Positions 26,880-39,597 of a stretch of 64,000 nucleotides of DNA are shown here, piece after piece (position 1 is the stretch's first letter; each line of letters begins with the position of its first letter). Under the pieces are notes generated by a model. It did not search any database, was not told the origin of the DNA, and saw nothing but the letters and a program-made list of their open reading frames with translations. Position numbers and translations under genes: made by a program. Source of the DNA: Octopus vulgaris. Lineage: Eukaryota. The stretch is taken from the NCBI GenBank assembly GCA_951406725.2, contig OX597838.1:10540001-10604000 (forward strand), given 5' to 3'.

Positions 26880-26881
<2 letters not shown>
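26652..26881. mobile_element. Penelope-type inverted pseudo-LTR element in (TA)n (arms 26652-26726 and 26733-26808)
   Basis: About 75-bp near-perfect inverted repeat plus a one-sided extension, flanked by long (TA)n; each arm contains a hammerhead core. Confidence 0.72.
26738..26775 (+). ncRNA. Minimal type I hammerhead ribozyme motif
   Basis: ctgt-CTGATGA-acggcaacga-GAAA-ctc.a.gag-TA-acag: stem I ctgt/acag, short stem II cg/cg, stem III actc/gagt, predicted cut after 26771; stem II closing pair is an A-A mismatch. Confidence 0.68.
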
Positions 26882-26922
<41 letters not shown>

Positions 26923-27317
26923 CTACCTTTGTGTATATAAGAATAAATTTTCATGCACATGCTAAGTAAGGATTCATAACATTGGCTCTAGATTGTTGAT
27001 GAAAGAAAATTAATAATAATAATAACAATAATTATTATTATCATTATTATTACTAATTGTTTATTTCAGACTAATACAAGGCTAATTCAAGGAACTGAAC
27101 TGACCAATTTTTTTTTTTTATTTGTTTTTTTTTTTTCATACTGATCTCGAGTGATAAACAGAAATACTGGCCCTAGTGGAATTTGAACTTAGAATGGAGA
27201 GGAAAAAAACTAAATACAGCAAACGCACTGATTCCAAGATGACTATTTTAGACCGACATTTTCTTTTGAGCCAATATGCTGCTAACTAAACGATAAATGG
27301 TTTGGTCCTCTGGGCTG

Positions 27318-27600
27318 TCAGGTGGAAATGTGGAGTCTATTGATCGTGATAGAGATATCAAAGAAAGTAACAGAAGTATCAGAAACGGTAAAGGGGTATT
27401 TCAAAGTCAGGTGGAAAGTGTGCATTATAAACCTATCCATTCCTACCTTGACTTTCCCTCTTCCTGTTCTAATGGCATCAAAACTATCACCACCTTCAGC
27501 ACAGTTACTTTGCAACAAGGATTTGGATTTCATTTCTAAATTCAAGAAAACACACCACTTCTTTCTCACACAGGTTTATCTTGAATCAATAAGCATATCC
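27318..27600. pseudogene. Penelope-like element RT/linker fossil with an internal inversion
   Basis: Minus strand TFHLTLKYPFTVSDTSVTFFDISITI..IST; plus strand VHYKPIHSYLDFPSS..LCNKDLDF..HFFLTQVY. Together these match the PLE motif FHP.LKFT..S..SV.FLDI..STSVHYKPTDSHSYL. Confidence 0.72.
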
Positions 27601-27728
27601 TTTACAAACTTTCACCTTAAGATATTTCCTAATTCCTCCACTTCCAACTCTATTAAAAGTGATTAAAACGTACATACCACATCTGTCACTGCAATAGTGT
27701 TCTTATTTAAAAAGATATATATATATAT

Positions 27729-27974
27729 ATAACATAAGGGACTAAAGCCATCTGAATATGGCTAGGGACAGGGCAGGGTGGTGGGGGTGTTACTGTTGCA
27801 TTTAGCCCCAGGCGAACATCGACGTCACCAGAAAGGCCCGACACCGTCATGTTGTCCGGTGTCGGGCCTTTCTGGTGACGTCGATGTTCGCCTGGGGCTA
27901 AATGCAACAGTAACACCCCCACCACCCTGCCCTGTCCCTAGCCATATTCAGATGGCTTTAGTCCCTTATGTTAT
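27729..27974. repeat. Perfect palindrome: 118-bp arms, 10-nt loop
   Basis: 27729-27846 is the exact reverse complement of 27857-27974; loop tcatgttgtc; (TA)n on both sides. Confidence 0.97.
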
Positions 27975-28016
27975 CGAGCAGTAACTGTCTATATCTCTTT
28001 TAGAGAATTATTATTG

Positions 28017-28054
<38 letters not shown>

Positions 28055-28224
28055 AATCAAAAAAAACCAAAAAAAACCGAAGAACAAACAGTCAGCAGTC
28101 AGGCCAAGAAAGAAAGATCATAGCTGGCTGGACACGTGGAAGGAGGAGAGAGGGTCAGGGGGAAGCAGGATTGAAGGATTAGAAAATATATATATATATA
28201 TATATATGTGCCGCTGACACGTTA

Positions 28225-28465
28225 AAATGCTCGAACCGATCGTGACGATGCCGGACCCTCCGGCCCCTGTGCAGGTGGCACGTAAAAAGCACCCAATCCA
28301 CTCACGGAGTGGTTGGCGTTAGGAAGGGCATCCAGCCGTAGAAACTCTGCCAGATTCAGACTGGAGCCTGGAGCGGCCCCTGGCTTCCCAGACCCGGTCA
28401 AACCGTCCAACCCGTGCTAGCGCGGAAAGCGGACGTTAAACGATGATGATGATGATGATGATGAT
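28225..28465 (+). mobile_element. Family D retroposon, CpG-rich copy
   Basis: ggcgttaggaagggcatccagccg core, (GAT)n tail, inserted in (TA)n. Confidence 0.85.
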
Positions 28466-28475
28466 ATATATATAG

Positions 28476-28770
28476 TGGAGGCGCAATGGCCCAGTGGTTA
28501 GGGCAGCGGACTCGCGGTTGTCGCATCGAGCCTTGTGAGTGTTTATTGAGCGAAAACACCTAAAGCTCCACGAGGCTCTGGCAGGGGGTGGGGTGGCGAT
28601 CCCTGCTGTACTCTTTCACCACAACTTTCTCTCACTCTTTCTTCTGTTGGCCTGCTCGCTTAGCCAGCGGGGTGGCGTCATTTGAAGGCTAAAAACAATG
28701 CAAAGCGCATTGTGACCAGCGATGTGTAGCAACATCTGATAGCCTGGTCAGTCACAGTGATCACGGTGAT
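28476..28770 (+). mobile_element. Family C SINE head with an alternative 3' tail
   Basis: Matches C up to ctttctctcactctt, then an unrelated tail ending gtcacagtgatcacggtgat. Confidence 0.82.
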
Positions 28771-29027
28771 ATATATATATATATATATATACACCTATCT
28801 ATGTATCAGTTAATTGATTGATAGATAGATATATTAAGTACTTCTGCCTTCAGTTCTCATGCTTCTTAATGTTTAAGTCTATTAAGTTGTGGACCACTAC
28901 CCTGTTTACTGTGTAATTCAAAATTGGCCACAATGTCTCTTTTCCCAAGAGCAGTAAATGCTACCTGTGGAATTGTCAGATTTTAAAATCCTTTCCTGTT
29001 CAAGTTTTCCATTTCTGTAAACATTCT

Positions 29028-29188
29028 TTGGCGTTAGGAAGGGCATCCAGCAGTGTAGAAACACTGCCAGATCAGACTGGAGCCTGGTGCAGCCTTCTGG
29101 CTTCCCAGACCCCAGTTGAACCGTCCAACCCATGCTAGCATGGAAAGCGGACGCTAAACGATGATGATGATGATGATGATGATGATGA
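29028..29188 (+). mobile_element. Family D 3' fragment
   Basis: Core and (GAT)n tail. Confidence 0.85.
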
Positions 29189-29297
29189 CTCTCACAACTT
29201 TCATACTTCAGTCTTGACGATGCATGGCATTTGCGTTGAAGTAAATGGGAAACATTTCAAATAGGATTTTTCTGCATTTGTATATCCCCAACGTATA

Positions 29298-29681
29298 TCT
29301 CTCTCTATATAAACGGCAGTTTGTCTGTGCGTGTTTCTGTGTGTCTGTTTGCTTGTACCCTCACCCTGACCACGGCTTTCAACCGATTCTGATGAAACTT
29401 GACACACACATAGCCCAATGTCATAATTCAAAACTAACGCAGTGAAAATTTTGAAAAGTTCCCCCAGTTCTGAAAAAAATCGATAAATTCGACATGGGGT
29501 CGAGAATCAGAAACACAAACCGCAAACTGTTTAGGGGACGCAACTCCACCTTTTTTTAACTAAAAAAAAAATTTACCATCATTTTTTTCCATTTTTTTGC
29601 TATTTTTTGGCTATAACTCTCTAAAAATGCTTTATAGTTATTTCCCTTACAAACCTGAGCAACGCCGGGCGATACTGCTAG
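29298..29681 (+). mobile_element. Non-autonomous Helitron
   Basis: 5' A|TC, 3' CTAG|T, subterminal GC-rich hairpin-like cctgagcaacgccggg, internal aaccgattctgatgaaact motif, no TSD. Confidence 0.82.
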
Positions 29682-31542
29682 TAGCATATATACTACAGTA
29701 TGCATCCTGTAGTGCGCATACATTTCCATTCTTCTTAAACCTTGTAACAATCCAACAGTGAGAAAACCCACACTCTCTAAGTGTCTATCGGATTACAACA
29801 CCTTTTCATTCAAACAGTTACTCCTGCTAACTGCCCAATGTTTGTAACATAAATCACACTGTATGCATTGAGCTTTGTTAAGTGAAATCTTATCTGTCAA
29901 CTGAAAGTCGGTTGCTAGGCTCCAAAATTCTTATTGCCAATTATACAATAATGCAGCAAGGAGCCGGTTAACACAGCAATGACTCATTAGTACATTGCCA
30001 TAGCATGATATAGCATGATCGTGATATTGGTAAGCTGTAGCAGGTGATTTAGAAATGAACTGCTTTGGAAATTACTCATGCTGTGGTCAGAAGATAAATT
30101 TACTACTGAACAAAATATATTGACTGATGCAGAGACTAGTATCTGCGGAAAGAGAAATAGGTAAAAATAAACAAACAAGTATAAAAAGAAAAGAAAAAAA
30201 TGATGCTCCAAAAAGCATTCACTTGGTTAAAATAATGGCATAGCAGAATCAAGCAATCTTCAAGCAATATATTATTTTTTTTAATTTTTCATTCTTTTTT
30301 TAAAACACTTATAATTGTTACAACTGTAATTTTCTTCCCATTCATGCTGATGCAAGCTGAAAGTTAAAATCAGCCTAACCAAGCTCTCATGCGACCCTTA
30401 CGAACCCTGGTGTTTAACAAATTCTATGCTTTATGCATTACCCACTCTTAGTAAAGCTGGCTGCTTCTATACATTTCCTACTACAATAAGAGTAATGGAT
30501 TGTTGGTTACGGGGGAAGACGTCAGCTGTATGCATTGATTTTGTATCGTTTTGATTTTTACCTTTTTTTCATGTACACATATATTTTATTTTAATCGTTT
30601 CAACCTCTTTGAATTTTTCGCCTTTTTTTTTATTATTATTATCCTGTCTGTATTGGATGGCTTAGCAATTATTAAATTTGCTGAGCAGGTGTTACTCGCT
30701 TGCTTTTATATATTTATGATGATAATATCTATTTTATTTCATTCATTCATTCACAGCTGGATGATCCAAACAAAGCAGCCATAGATTATTAGCTGAGTGA
30801 ATTTCTTTTTGAAAGTAAACCAGCCCTGCCTCCTAAATAATAATAATAATAATAATAATAAAATAAATAAAAATATTGAAAACTGTAAAATCAACCCAAA
30901 ACCTGAATAAACATGGCATTCAATTTGAAATTATTATACAACAAATTTAACGGGACATGAACTAATAAATAAAAAAAAATAAAAAAGGAGATGGGAGTCC
31001 CTTAAGGATATTAATACATTCTAGAACAGGGGCAGGGGATATATTAGTAGACAGATTATTTAATAGGTTACACGGTCATGCCCTACAATGTAAACAGACA
31101 CATGCTAATTCTTTAGGTCACAAGGCTCTGGATGGAGGGCTTTGCATTCTAGACTGCTCCCATTTCACTATTTTAGTTATAAGTAGACAATGGCTGCATG
31201 GTTAAGAAACTTGCTTTGCAACCACATGGTTTTGGGTTCAGTCTCATTGTGTAGCACCTAGGGCAAGCATCTACAACTATATCCCTGGTCTGACTCAATG
31301 TCTTGTGAGTGTATTTCTCCACATATGTAGATTTAATTGTTAAGATATTATAATCAAGAACCATGAAGTCATTACATTTGTGAAGGCATACTTGATGTGA
31401 ATCTGGATTCAGTTCTTTTTTTTGTCAAAGAAGACAAAATCTAGGAATTGTCTGAATCCTGTAGAATGCACTCAACAAGAGAGTTCCACATTTTGACCAA
31501 GTCATAAATGAGAAACAGGAATTAAGAAGTCATTGATTTACA

Positions 31543-31763
31543 TAAAGGGGTGTTGCAAAGTCCTTGGCTTTAAGGGTATCACAAAACACCTGGTTGGAGG
31601 CCCAACTTTCAGAGTTCTTTTACAGGGTTTAGAAAAACTGAAGGGCCACTGCAAAAATATGTGAATCTGAGAGGGGAATATATTGAACAAAATCATAATT
31701 AACTGATCCTTCTGTATTTTCTTTTAGGAAAAGTCAGGAACTTTTCAATATTCACCCCTCATA
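31543..31763 (+). mobile_element. Mariner-derived MITE
   Basis: TA ends, degenerate TIRs; interior encodes a transposase C-terminal remnant GLEKLKGHCKKYVNLRGEYIE; homologous to 46153-46848. Confidence 0.8.
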
Positions 31764-31769
31764 TTTTCA

Positions 31770-32270
31770 CACTTTGACTAATTTGGTAAAAAAAGCCCAA
31801 CTTTCTACCTTCAATTTGGCTTTTGTGCCTATCCTCACCTATGGGCAAAGCCTGAAAGAGTAGATCAAGAATATTTGCAGCTGAAATGCGGTTCCTCTGG
31901 GGGACCTCTGGAATAATGTCACTCAATAGGGTACATAACATGGGGATCAAGAAATCTCTTTATATTGAGTCACCACTTCTTTGCTTTGAGGTCACAGCTC
32001 CAGTACTCTGGACATGGGATTAGAATGTAGCAAGACAGAATGAGTGGTCAGATTCTTCAAGCCAAGACAACTGGCAGGAGACCTGGGGGCAGACCAAGAA
32101 CAAGAGGTTTGGATAATATTCACAGTCTCAGTTAGTCATGCTTGAGAATCCAGTCAGAAAGTCCAATGACAGTTGATTTTGATAGAACCCTATGGAGAAG
32201 GAGCCTGAGGGGACTACCTGCACAGAACCCTCCCCAGAACAGTAGGCAGAGAAGATAGATGGCTGAATGG
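31770..32270 (+). pseudogene. RTE-clade LINE 3' fragment
   Basis: FVPILTYG, AAEMRFL, GHGIRM, GRRPGGRPRTRRLDNI. Confidence 0.8.
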
Positions 32271-34387
32271 CATTGTGATTGATTTTAATTTTTTTACAGT
32301 TTTATTCTAAACTGATCAATTTACCTTTGCATTTTATGCACTTCATATAAACTCGTTACCAGTTCAAATATGCATGAGGTATATTTGAACCTGTAAGAAA
32401 GCCTTTCACTGTCATGAAGAAAATTTCTTGCAGTAGATAGGTAGGCATAAATACATTGAGTCAGTTCAAAGTTCTCCTTATTTACACTGATGGATGCATG
32501 CATTTCAGTGTAGTTATCTCCTCTTCAGCATCAGACACAGGAAATGGGTGACACTGCAAACTGACAAAGACCTAGGAATCTCTTGTTATATTTTGGTCAG
32601 CATACTGTAACTGGTTGTGCTAATCAGTAGTTTGACCATAATAATATACATATTTTTTGCACTTAGTTAGAAGTTTGCTAATTTTCTTCTAGTTCAATTT
32701 GTTCACTTACAGAACAATATAGTGTGAAAATTAATTAAACATTTGTTGTGTGCAGAGCATAGAACAGTTTGGGAACCACTGGCAGGCCATTGTATGTGTG
32801 TCATTGATAGATAACCGGTGTATGTTCCTGTAGCTTGGTGGTTCAGCAGAAGGGACCAATAGAAAAAGTACCAGACTTTAAATCAAAAAGTACTGAGGGC
32901 CATTTGCTTGACTAATCTCATTGAGGTGTTGCCTCAGCAGAGCTCAGCAGTCCCATGACTGAAACAAGTAAATGATAAAAGATAAGAAGCATATCCGATA
33001 TTTTATTTGTTTGTATTTTAGACTATATGCTGAGCTGTTCTCCATGTTCAGATAACAACATGAGCTATTTTAGGTGATCACTGAATAAACCACTGGATGG
33101 TATCTGTCATTGTTATTGTTGTTTGATAGTCCCAGTTAGCAATGGTTGAGAATAGCCATGACACAGTGTCAACAGGCAGAACAAAGCAGCTGACAAGAAT
33201 ATCTGTCATTAATTCTGGCCATGTTGTCCTAAGATTCAAAAGCTGAAATAATTAAGTCTCTAATTTCAGGCTGTTGACAAGGATTCATTTCCTACATCAA
33301 GGAGCTTCTACCTTTTCACCTGACCTGCTAAGTTTCCCTTGAATCACACCAGGACTTTTGGGGAAACAGAAAGTAACATTAGATAATGCAGTCCTAGACA
33401 TTCAACATATCAAATGGCACAGGATGGTCATGTCTGAAATGTCTATAGGTCAGGTTGGTAAGGACCAATCGGGAACTAAACCAGAACAATACTGGTCTGT
33501 ACATATTCAACTATGACGAATTGATATCATTCAACAACAACAAATAGAAGCAATTGCATGTTGGTGGGAATGGCCCAATCATCGAGATGTTGACTTTGCA
33601 ACCACAGGGTTTCAGGTTCAATCCTACAGCATGCCATCTTGGGCAAATGTCTTCTAATATAGCCTGAAACCAACCAAAGCTTTCTGATTGGAATTGGTAG
33701 ATAGAATATGAAAAGAGCCCAATGTATGTAAGAGTGAATGAGTGAGTGTGTTATTGTCTTCTTTCCTTTAAATCATGTGATTGTTGTAAGCAAGTGTCAT
33801 TGTCCCACAGGCGTTTTACAATCATCATCATGTTGCCAAAGTGCTCTGCTCTTGGCAAGCATGCACGAAAAATTCATACATACACACACACACTCAGATA
33901 CCATCTCGCTCGTCAAAAATTTTGTTTTGTACCCTTTCATCGCCACAAGTACTGGTCTTGTCTCTAAGACAGTTTTTTGTTGTTCAGACCACCTGGTTGA
34001 CAATTGGTACCGCCACAAATACTTCAACATACCAAAAAAAAATTTTAAAAGGGGAGGGAGGATGGTTAAATAAAAAAAAAAGAAAAAAAAAAAGGTCTGG
34101 CCACAGCTCATGAGCTGAAACTGGACAAATCAAAATCAAATTCACTCTGGAAATGAATCAGTTTGAGACCAATGGGGGAGGGACAAATTTATGACGTCAC
34201 ATACATGGGGGCGGGGGGTGGGGGGTGGGGTGGAGATAAAAAAACATGGCAAGGGAATCTAAAAACCCAGTCTTCAACAATGTGATGATGCTGATAACAA
34301 ACACTGATGCGGAACATTCGCAGCAACCACCATTACACAGGTTTTAATAAGCCAGGCAAATAAAACAAACACAAAAATAAAGAACTT

Positions 34388-34391
<4 letters not shown>

Positions 34392-34442
<51 letters not shown>

Positions 34443-34451
34443 CAGAGAGAG

Positions 34452-34482
<31 letters not shown>

Positions 34483-34587
34483 CATATATATATACATACA
34501 TACAGAGAGAGAGACACACACACACACAGACACACACACACACATATATATATATGTACATATATATATACATACATACAGAGAGAG

Positions 34588-34628
<41 letters not shown>

Positions 34629-34649
34629 CACATACATACAGAGAGAGAG

Positions 34650-34700
<51 letters not shown>
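34392..34700. repeat. Higher-order compound microsatellite (TA)n-CATACA-(GA)n-(CA)n, about 4 units
   Basis: Direct inspection. Confidence 0.9.
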
Positions 34701-34701
<1 letters not shown>

Positions 34702-34707
34702 ACATAT

Positions 34708-35055
34708 ATATATTTTGAGTCATCCCATAAATAATGTGGTTTTTTTTCAATTGTATGAACTACAAGATGGAGTGGAATGGGATAAACTACCTGCATCACC
34801 TTGCTATAAAAGCAGGTAGTAATTTTACCTTGTACTTATTCTTTGTGCAAGTTTGAAGAGTGCAGTTCGATTTGAACACTTATCTTTCCCAAAGCTATAA
34901 TGGAAGTGCCAAAGGGTCATATTTGGCGTATTTTGCTTTATGAGTTCAATGAAGGCAACAATGCAACCAAAACTGCGAGGAATATTAATGTAGTATCGGG
35001 AAATTGGACAATTAGTGTAAGCCAGTGTCAACAGCAGTTTCAGAAATTCTTCCCA
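34708..35055 (+). pseudogene. Mariner left end and transposase N-terminus
   Basis: MEVPKGHIWRILLYEFNEGNNATKTARNINVVSGNWTISVSQCQQQFQKF resembles the mariner HTH N-terminus; truncated by SINE A. Confidence 0.85.
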
Positions 35056-35067
35056 ACCACATATATA

Positions 35068-35232
35068 CAATGGGCTTCTTTCAGTTTCCGTCTACCAAAT
35101 CCACTCAGAAGGCTTCAGTCGGCCCGAGACTATAGTAGAAGGCACTTGCACAAGGTGCCACGCAGTGGAACTGAACCCGGAATCATGTAGTTGGTAAGCA
35201 AGCTACTTACCACACAGCCACTCCTACGCCTA
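35068..35232 (-). mobile_element. Family A SINE 5' half
   Basis: Reverse complement of the A head. Confidence 0.88.
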
Positions 35233-35503
35233 TACATATATATATATATATATATACATAAATACATACACACATATATATATATACATAAATATACAAG
35301 CATATATACATATACACATATATATATATACATATAGATACATACATATATATACCCACATATATATATACATACATATACATACCTACATATACACACA
35401 TATACACACACACACACATATACACATATATATACACATACACACACATATATATGTATACACACACACAAATATATATATATAGACACAGATATACACA
35501 CAC

Positions 35504-35544
<41 letters not shown>

Positions 35545-35599
35545 TATATATGTATACACACACACAAAAATATATATATAGACACAGATATACACACAC

Positions 35600-35649
<50 letters not shown>

Positions 35650-35651
<2 letters not shown>

Positions 35652-35820
35652 TGAAATTTACAGTAAAACAAAAGACGAAGACAGGTGCATGAACAACAAA
35701 CAGGTGTATTAGTTTGATAATAAGGAAAGTGAGAAAGTCGTTTACATTTTCAGTGTACGTCTTCAACAAAAAGGAATAGGAGAAAATAGGGAACAAAAAA
35801 AAACTTGTGGATTTAGTGTC
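35650..35820. mobile_element. (TA)n-embedded repeat, probable Penelope pseudo-LTR relic
   Basis: Homologous to 39598-39790 (aaacaaaaga.gaagacaggtg..acaacaaacag.tgtattagt). Confidence 0.55.
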
Positions 35821-35850
35821 AAGCATACATATATATATATATGTATATAT

Positions 35851-35881
<31 letters not shown>

Positions 35882-35905
35882 CACACACACACACACATAC
35901 ATATA

Positions 35906-35936
<31 letters not shown>

Positions 35937-36136
35937 TACATACATGTATATTATATATACACTGTTGGCATTTAACAAAACAAGATATGTATTTAAATTA
36001 ATAATTGGTCACAAGATGTGTCTTTGAAGGTGTGTGACTCTGGTGAGCCAACTTCACTCAGCTAGAAAGACAAAAGATAGAATAAAAACAGTTTAGTTTA
36101 AAAAAAAAAAAAAAAAAAAGAAAATATCTATATATA

Positions 36137-36198
<62 letters not shown>

Positions 36199-36804
36199 CA
36201 ATGTAGATTGTGATTGTATTTGTTGACATTGTTGTAGTTGTAGGTATTTCTCTATGAATGCTGTTATTAACATCTCCACAACATTCCATTCAGTGTGACT
36301 ATCACCACCAGTATTACTAATATTGCCACCACCACCACTTCCAGATACCGTCATCACCTGTGCAACACTGACAGTTACTGCTGCATCAACAATGCCAGTA
36401 CCACCACTGCTGTAGGTTGACAGCAACCACCACCACCAGTCACTACCGAAATCTGCTGCAGATTTCTTTTCGTTAAGTTCTACAACATAGTTAAAGTCAA
36501 TAACACCATAATCACAAATTTTATTACCACCACCACCACCAACACCACCACTAATTGTACTGTCATTGTGTGAATGGGTGAATGTATGTGCAGTTACACA
36601 CACACATACTATAATAATGAGGGCTAAGCAAGTCTGGAAAACTGCCCTTGCTTCAGACACCACCAATCACCACTGCTGCCACTAGCAATACTTTTACACA
36701 CAAAATTGCTCTGCCCAAGTATATCAACCTACTGCCAGATATTTTCCATGCAGTATTTGTTATTCTGTCCCTAAACCAATGTTTCAGAAACCCAGTGGAA
36801 GCAA

Positions 36805-37199
36805 TTACTCTCTTTTACTCTCTTACATGTTTCAGTCATTTGACTGCGGCCATGCTGGAGCACCGCCTTTAGTCGAGCAAATCGACCCCGGGACTTATTC
36901 TTTTGTAAGCCCAGTACTTATTCTATCTGTCTCTTTTGCCGAACCGCTAAGTGACGGCGACGTAAACACACCAGCATCGGTTGTCAAGCAATGCTAGTGG
37001 GACAAACACAGACACACATACATACATATATATACGACAGGCTTCTTTCAGTTTCCGTCTACCAAATCCACTCACAAGGCATTGGTCGGCCTGGGGCTAT
37101 AGCAGAAGACACTTGCCCAAGATGCCACGCAGTGGGACTGAACCCAGAACCATGTGGTTGGTTAGCAAGCTACTTACCATACAGCCACTCCTGCGCCTA
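36805..37199 (-). mobile_element. Family A SINE
   Basis: Full-length reverse-strand copy. Confidence 0.92.
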
Positions 37200-37942
37200 T
37201 TACTTAACTAGTTTTCAAAAAGGAGTTGTTAAAGGCAATTTTACTTCCTTTGACGATTTCATGTCTGTTTTCACAGCACTGGCATTGGCCACACTTAAAT
37301 GGTGCTTTTTATGCGCCACATAAAAAGCACCATTCGAGCGTGGCCAATGCCAGTGCCGCCTGACTGGCTCCCGTACATATATCTACATATAAACACACAT
37401 ATATACATATATATATATATACACACATTTTTTTTTATATATACATACACAACAACAACAAATTAATGAGGTAGGGCAAAAAAAAGTTGTTAATTCACCT
37501 TCTTTGTCTGCTTGAATTGGCATCTATATCATCTTCCTAGAAAATAGAGAAAATACGTGTTAAGTGACACTTTATAAAAACCGATATCTTTTGCTTTGAA
37601 TTTTACACATTTAAAATTTTTAAGGGTGCGAAGCAGTAACATTTGAGATATCCAATGGGAGTTACAAAAAATCTGATTACACACACATACACACATGCAA
37701 TTTATGTAGACCAGTCTAGTGGAGATTCCATGGTGAGTGGCTGCTTCTTCAAGTGTCTCCAAATTGATCAACTTGGACTTGTCTGAAGAAATGGTTGCAA
37801 GCCTTAGAAAGTTCAGAGTAACAAGTCATTGGACAAAGCTAAATAAACCACTGCACTCCAAATTTGTATTGAGTACTTCTCCTCCAGATTATTACTTAAT
37901 GAAATATGTGTATTTTACATACTTTTTAATATCATCTCCTAT

Positions 37943-38349
37943 ACTCTTTACTCTCTTTTACTTGTTTCAGTCATTTGACTGCGGCCATGCTGGAGCACCG
38001 CCTTTAGTCGAGCAAATCGACCCCCCGCCGGAACTTATTCTTTGTAAGCCCAGTACTTATTCTATCGGTGTCTTTTGCCGAACCGCTAAGTGACGGGGAC
38101 GTAAACACACCAGCATCGATTGTCAGGCAATGCTAGGGGGACAAACACAGACACACAAACATATATATATATCTACATATATACGACAGGCTTCTTTCAG
38201 TTTCTGTCTACCAAATCCACTCACAAGGCATTGGTCGGCCTGGGGCTATAGCAGAAGACACTTGCTCAAGATGCCACGCAGTGGGACTGAACCCGGAACC
38301 ATGTGGTTGGTTAGCAAGCTACTTACCACACAGCCACTCCTGTGCCTAT
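37943..38349 (-). mobile_element. Family A SINE
   Basis: Full-length reverse-strand copy. Confidence 0.92.
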
Positions 38350-38704
38350 AAATGTTTCATTTCACATTTACTTCACTTTTATATCCTTTCATTGCTTTTA
38401 ATCTTGGAGAGGGAAGGATATGCATGTGATTGTGTTTATGTCTTTTAAAACAGTCGTTTGTTATGTTGCATTAGGATTTTTTAGTTTTAACTTTGATATA
38501 ACTTTAGATGCTTGAACTGGTAAACAAAGACAGTCTTAATTTTCTTTTATAGTAGTTTTATAGTTTTTCTTTCATATTTCATTTTATAACTTTTTGATAA
38601 TAAAGAAAAAAAAAAGCCTCTCCTTTTTTTCCAATGTTTGTAAGTTTTGTCTTCTGCCTGGTTGATTTAACAAACAAAATAGTTACAACAGCATACAGCA
38701 GCCT

Positions 38705-38934
38705 TTAACCCTTTTGTTACTGTATTTATTTTGAGATGCTCTGTGTTTCTTTCAATTAATTTTAAATATAACAAAGAATTTAGTAAAATAACATCGTTAT
38801 CATTCAGCTAGTGTTAGGAGCATAAATTGTGACTAAGATTTGGTGGAAGATTTGAATTCAAAACTTATGAAAACAAGACATTTGTACTAAAGAGCCAGAG
38901 CCGGTTTCAGCCGGGTTGGTATCAAAAGGGTTAA
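38705..38934. mobile_element. piggyBac-type MITE, family F
   Basis: TTAA-cccttttgttac ... gtatcaaaaggg-TTAA. Confidence 0.88.
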
Positions 38935-39352
38935 ACCCAGACATTAAAAGATCAGAGTGCTAAAAAATAACCTAATGGTTCACCTCAGCCGTGCTTGTTA
39001 TCTTGCTCTCAATCAATATAAGAAACAAATGATTAGTCTAATTACAAACAGAGAGAAGTTGAGGTACCATAAAGTGATGAGTCAAAATTGGAGGTTTTAT
39101 GTACCAACTCTACAGCCCCCAATCACCATACACCCACCAAGTCTACAAAGTTAGTACATTTCTCTTTTGATCTTTGTAGTGATTATAGCGGTCGTGGTGC
39201 ACCAGTTTACTTGGCAATTTTGATAATAATATCCACAGTTTTTGATCTCATGAGTACATAATTTATTATTCATTTTAAATAGTGTTTGGTACTGTTTTGG
39301 TAACATTATCCATGGTAATAATTTGCTTCCCCACCTCTCTCTATGTGGGTGT

Positions 39353-39387
<35 letters not shown>

Positions 39388-39597
39388 GTCCATAAAAAAC
39401 TGGAGTATCAATTAGATGTGTGTAGGGCAAAAAATAAAAGCCACATCAAACTGTGCTAAACTGTACAAAAACTGTATTAGTTGGTCTCTTATTCAACATG
39501 TATGTGAAACGTACTGTTGCAAGTTAAGTTACATCAGTAAATAGTTTTGAAATCCCACCATGACTTTAAAGACATGCTATATGTGTGTATGTATATA

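Noticed and set aside
27788-27812. gttactg..agccccagg loosely recalling twister ribozyme sequences
   Set aside because: I could not build the twister pseudoknots by eye; a covariance-model search is needed.
27707-27984. Two nearly identical ORFs on opposite strands
   Set aside because: A direct consequence of the palindrome; no coding evidence.
34274-36001. Many long YIYI/CVCV ORFs
   Set aside because: Translations of (TA)n and (CA)n microsatellites.
36058-36666. Longest ORF (202 aa, minus strand)
   Set aside because: Built from (CCA)n-like, (TA)n and poly-A low-complexity sequence; no recognisable domain.
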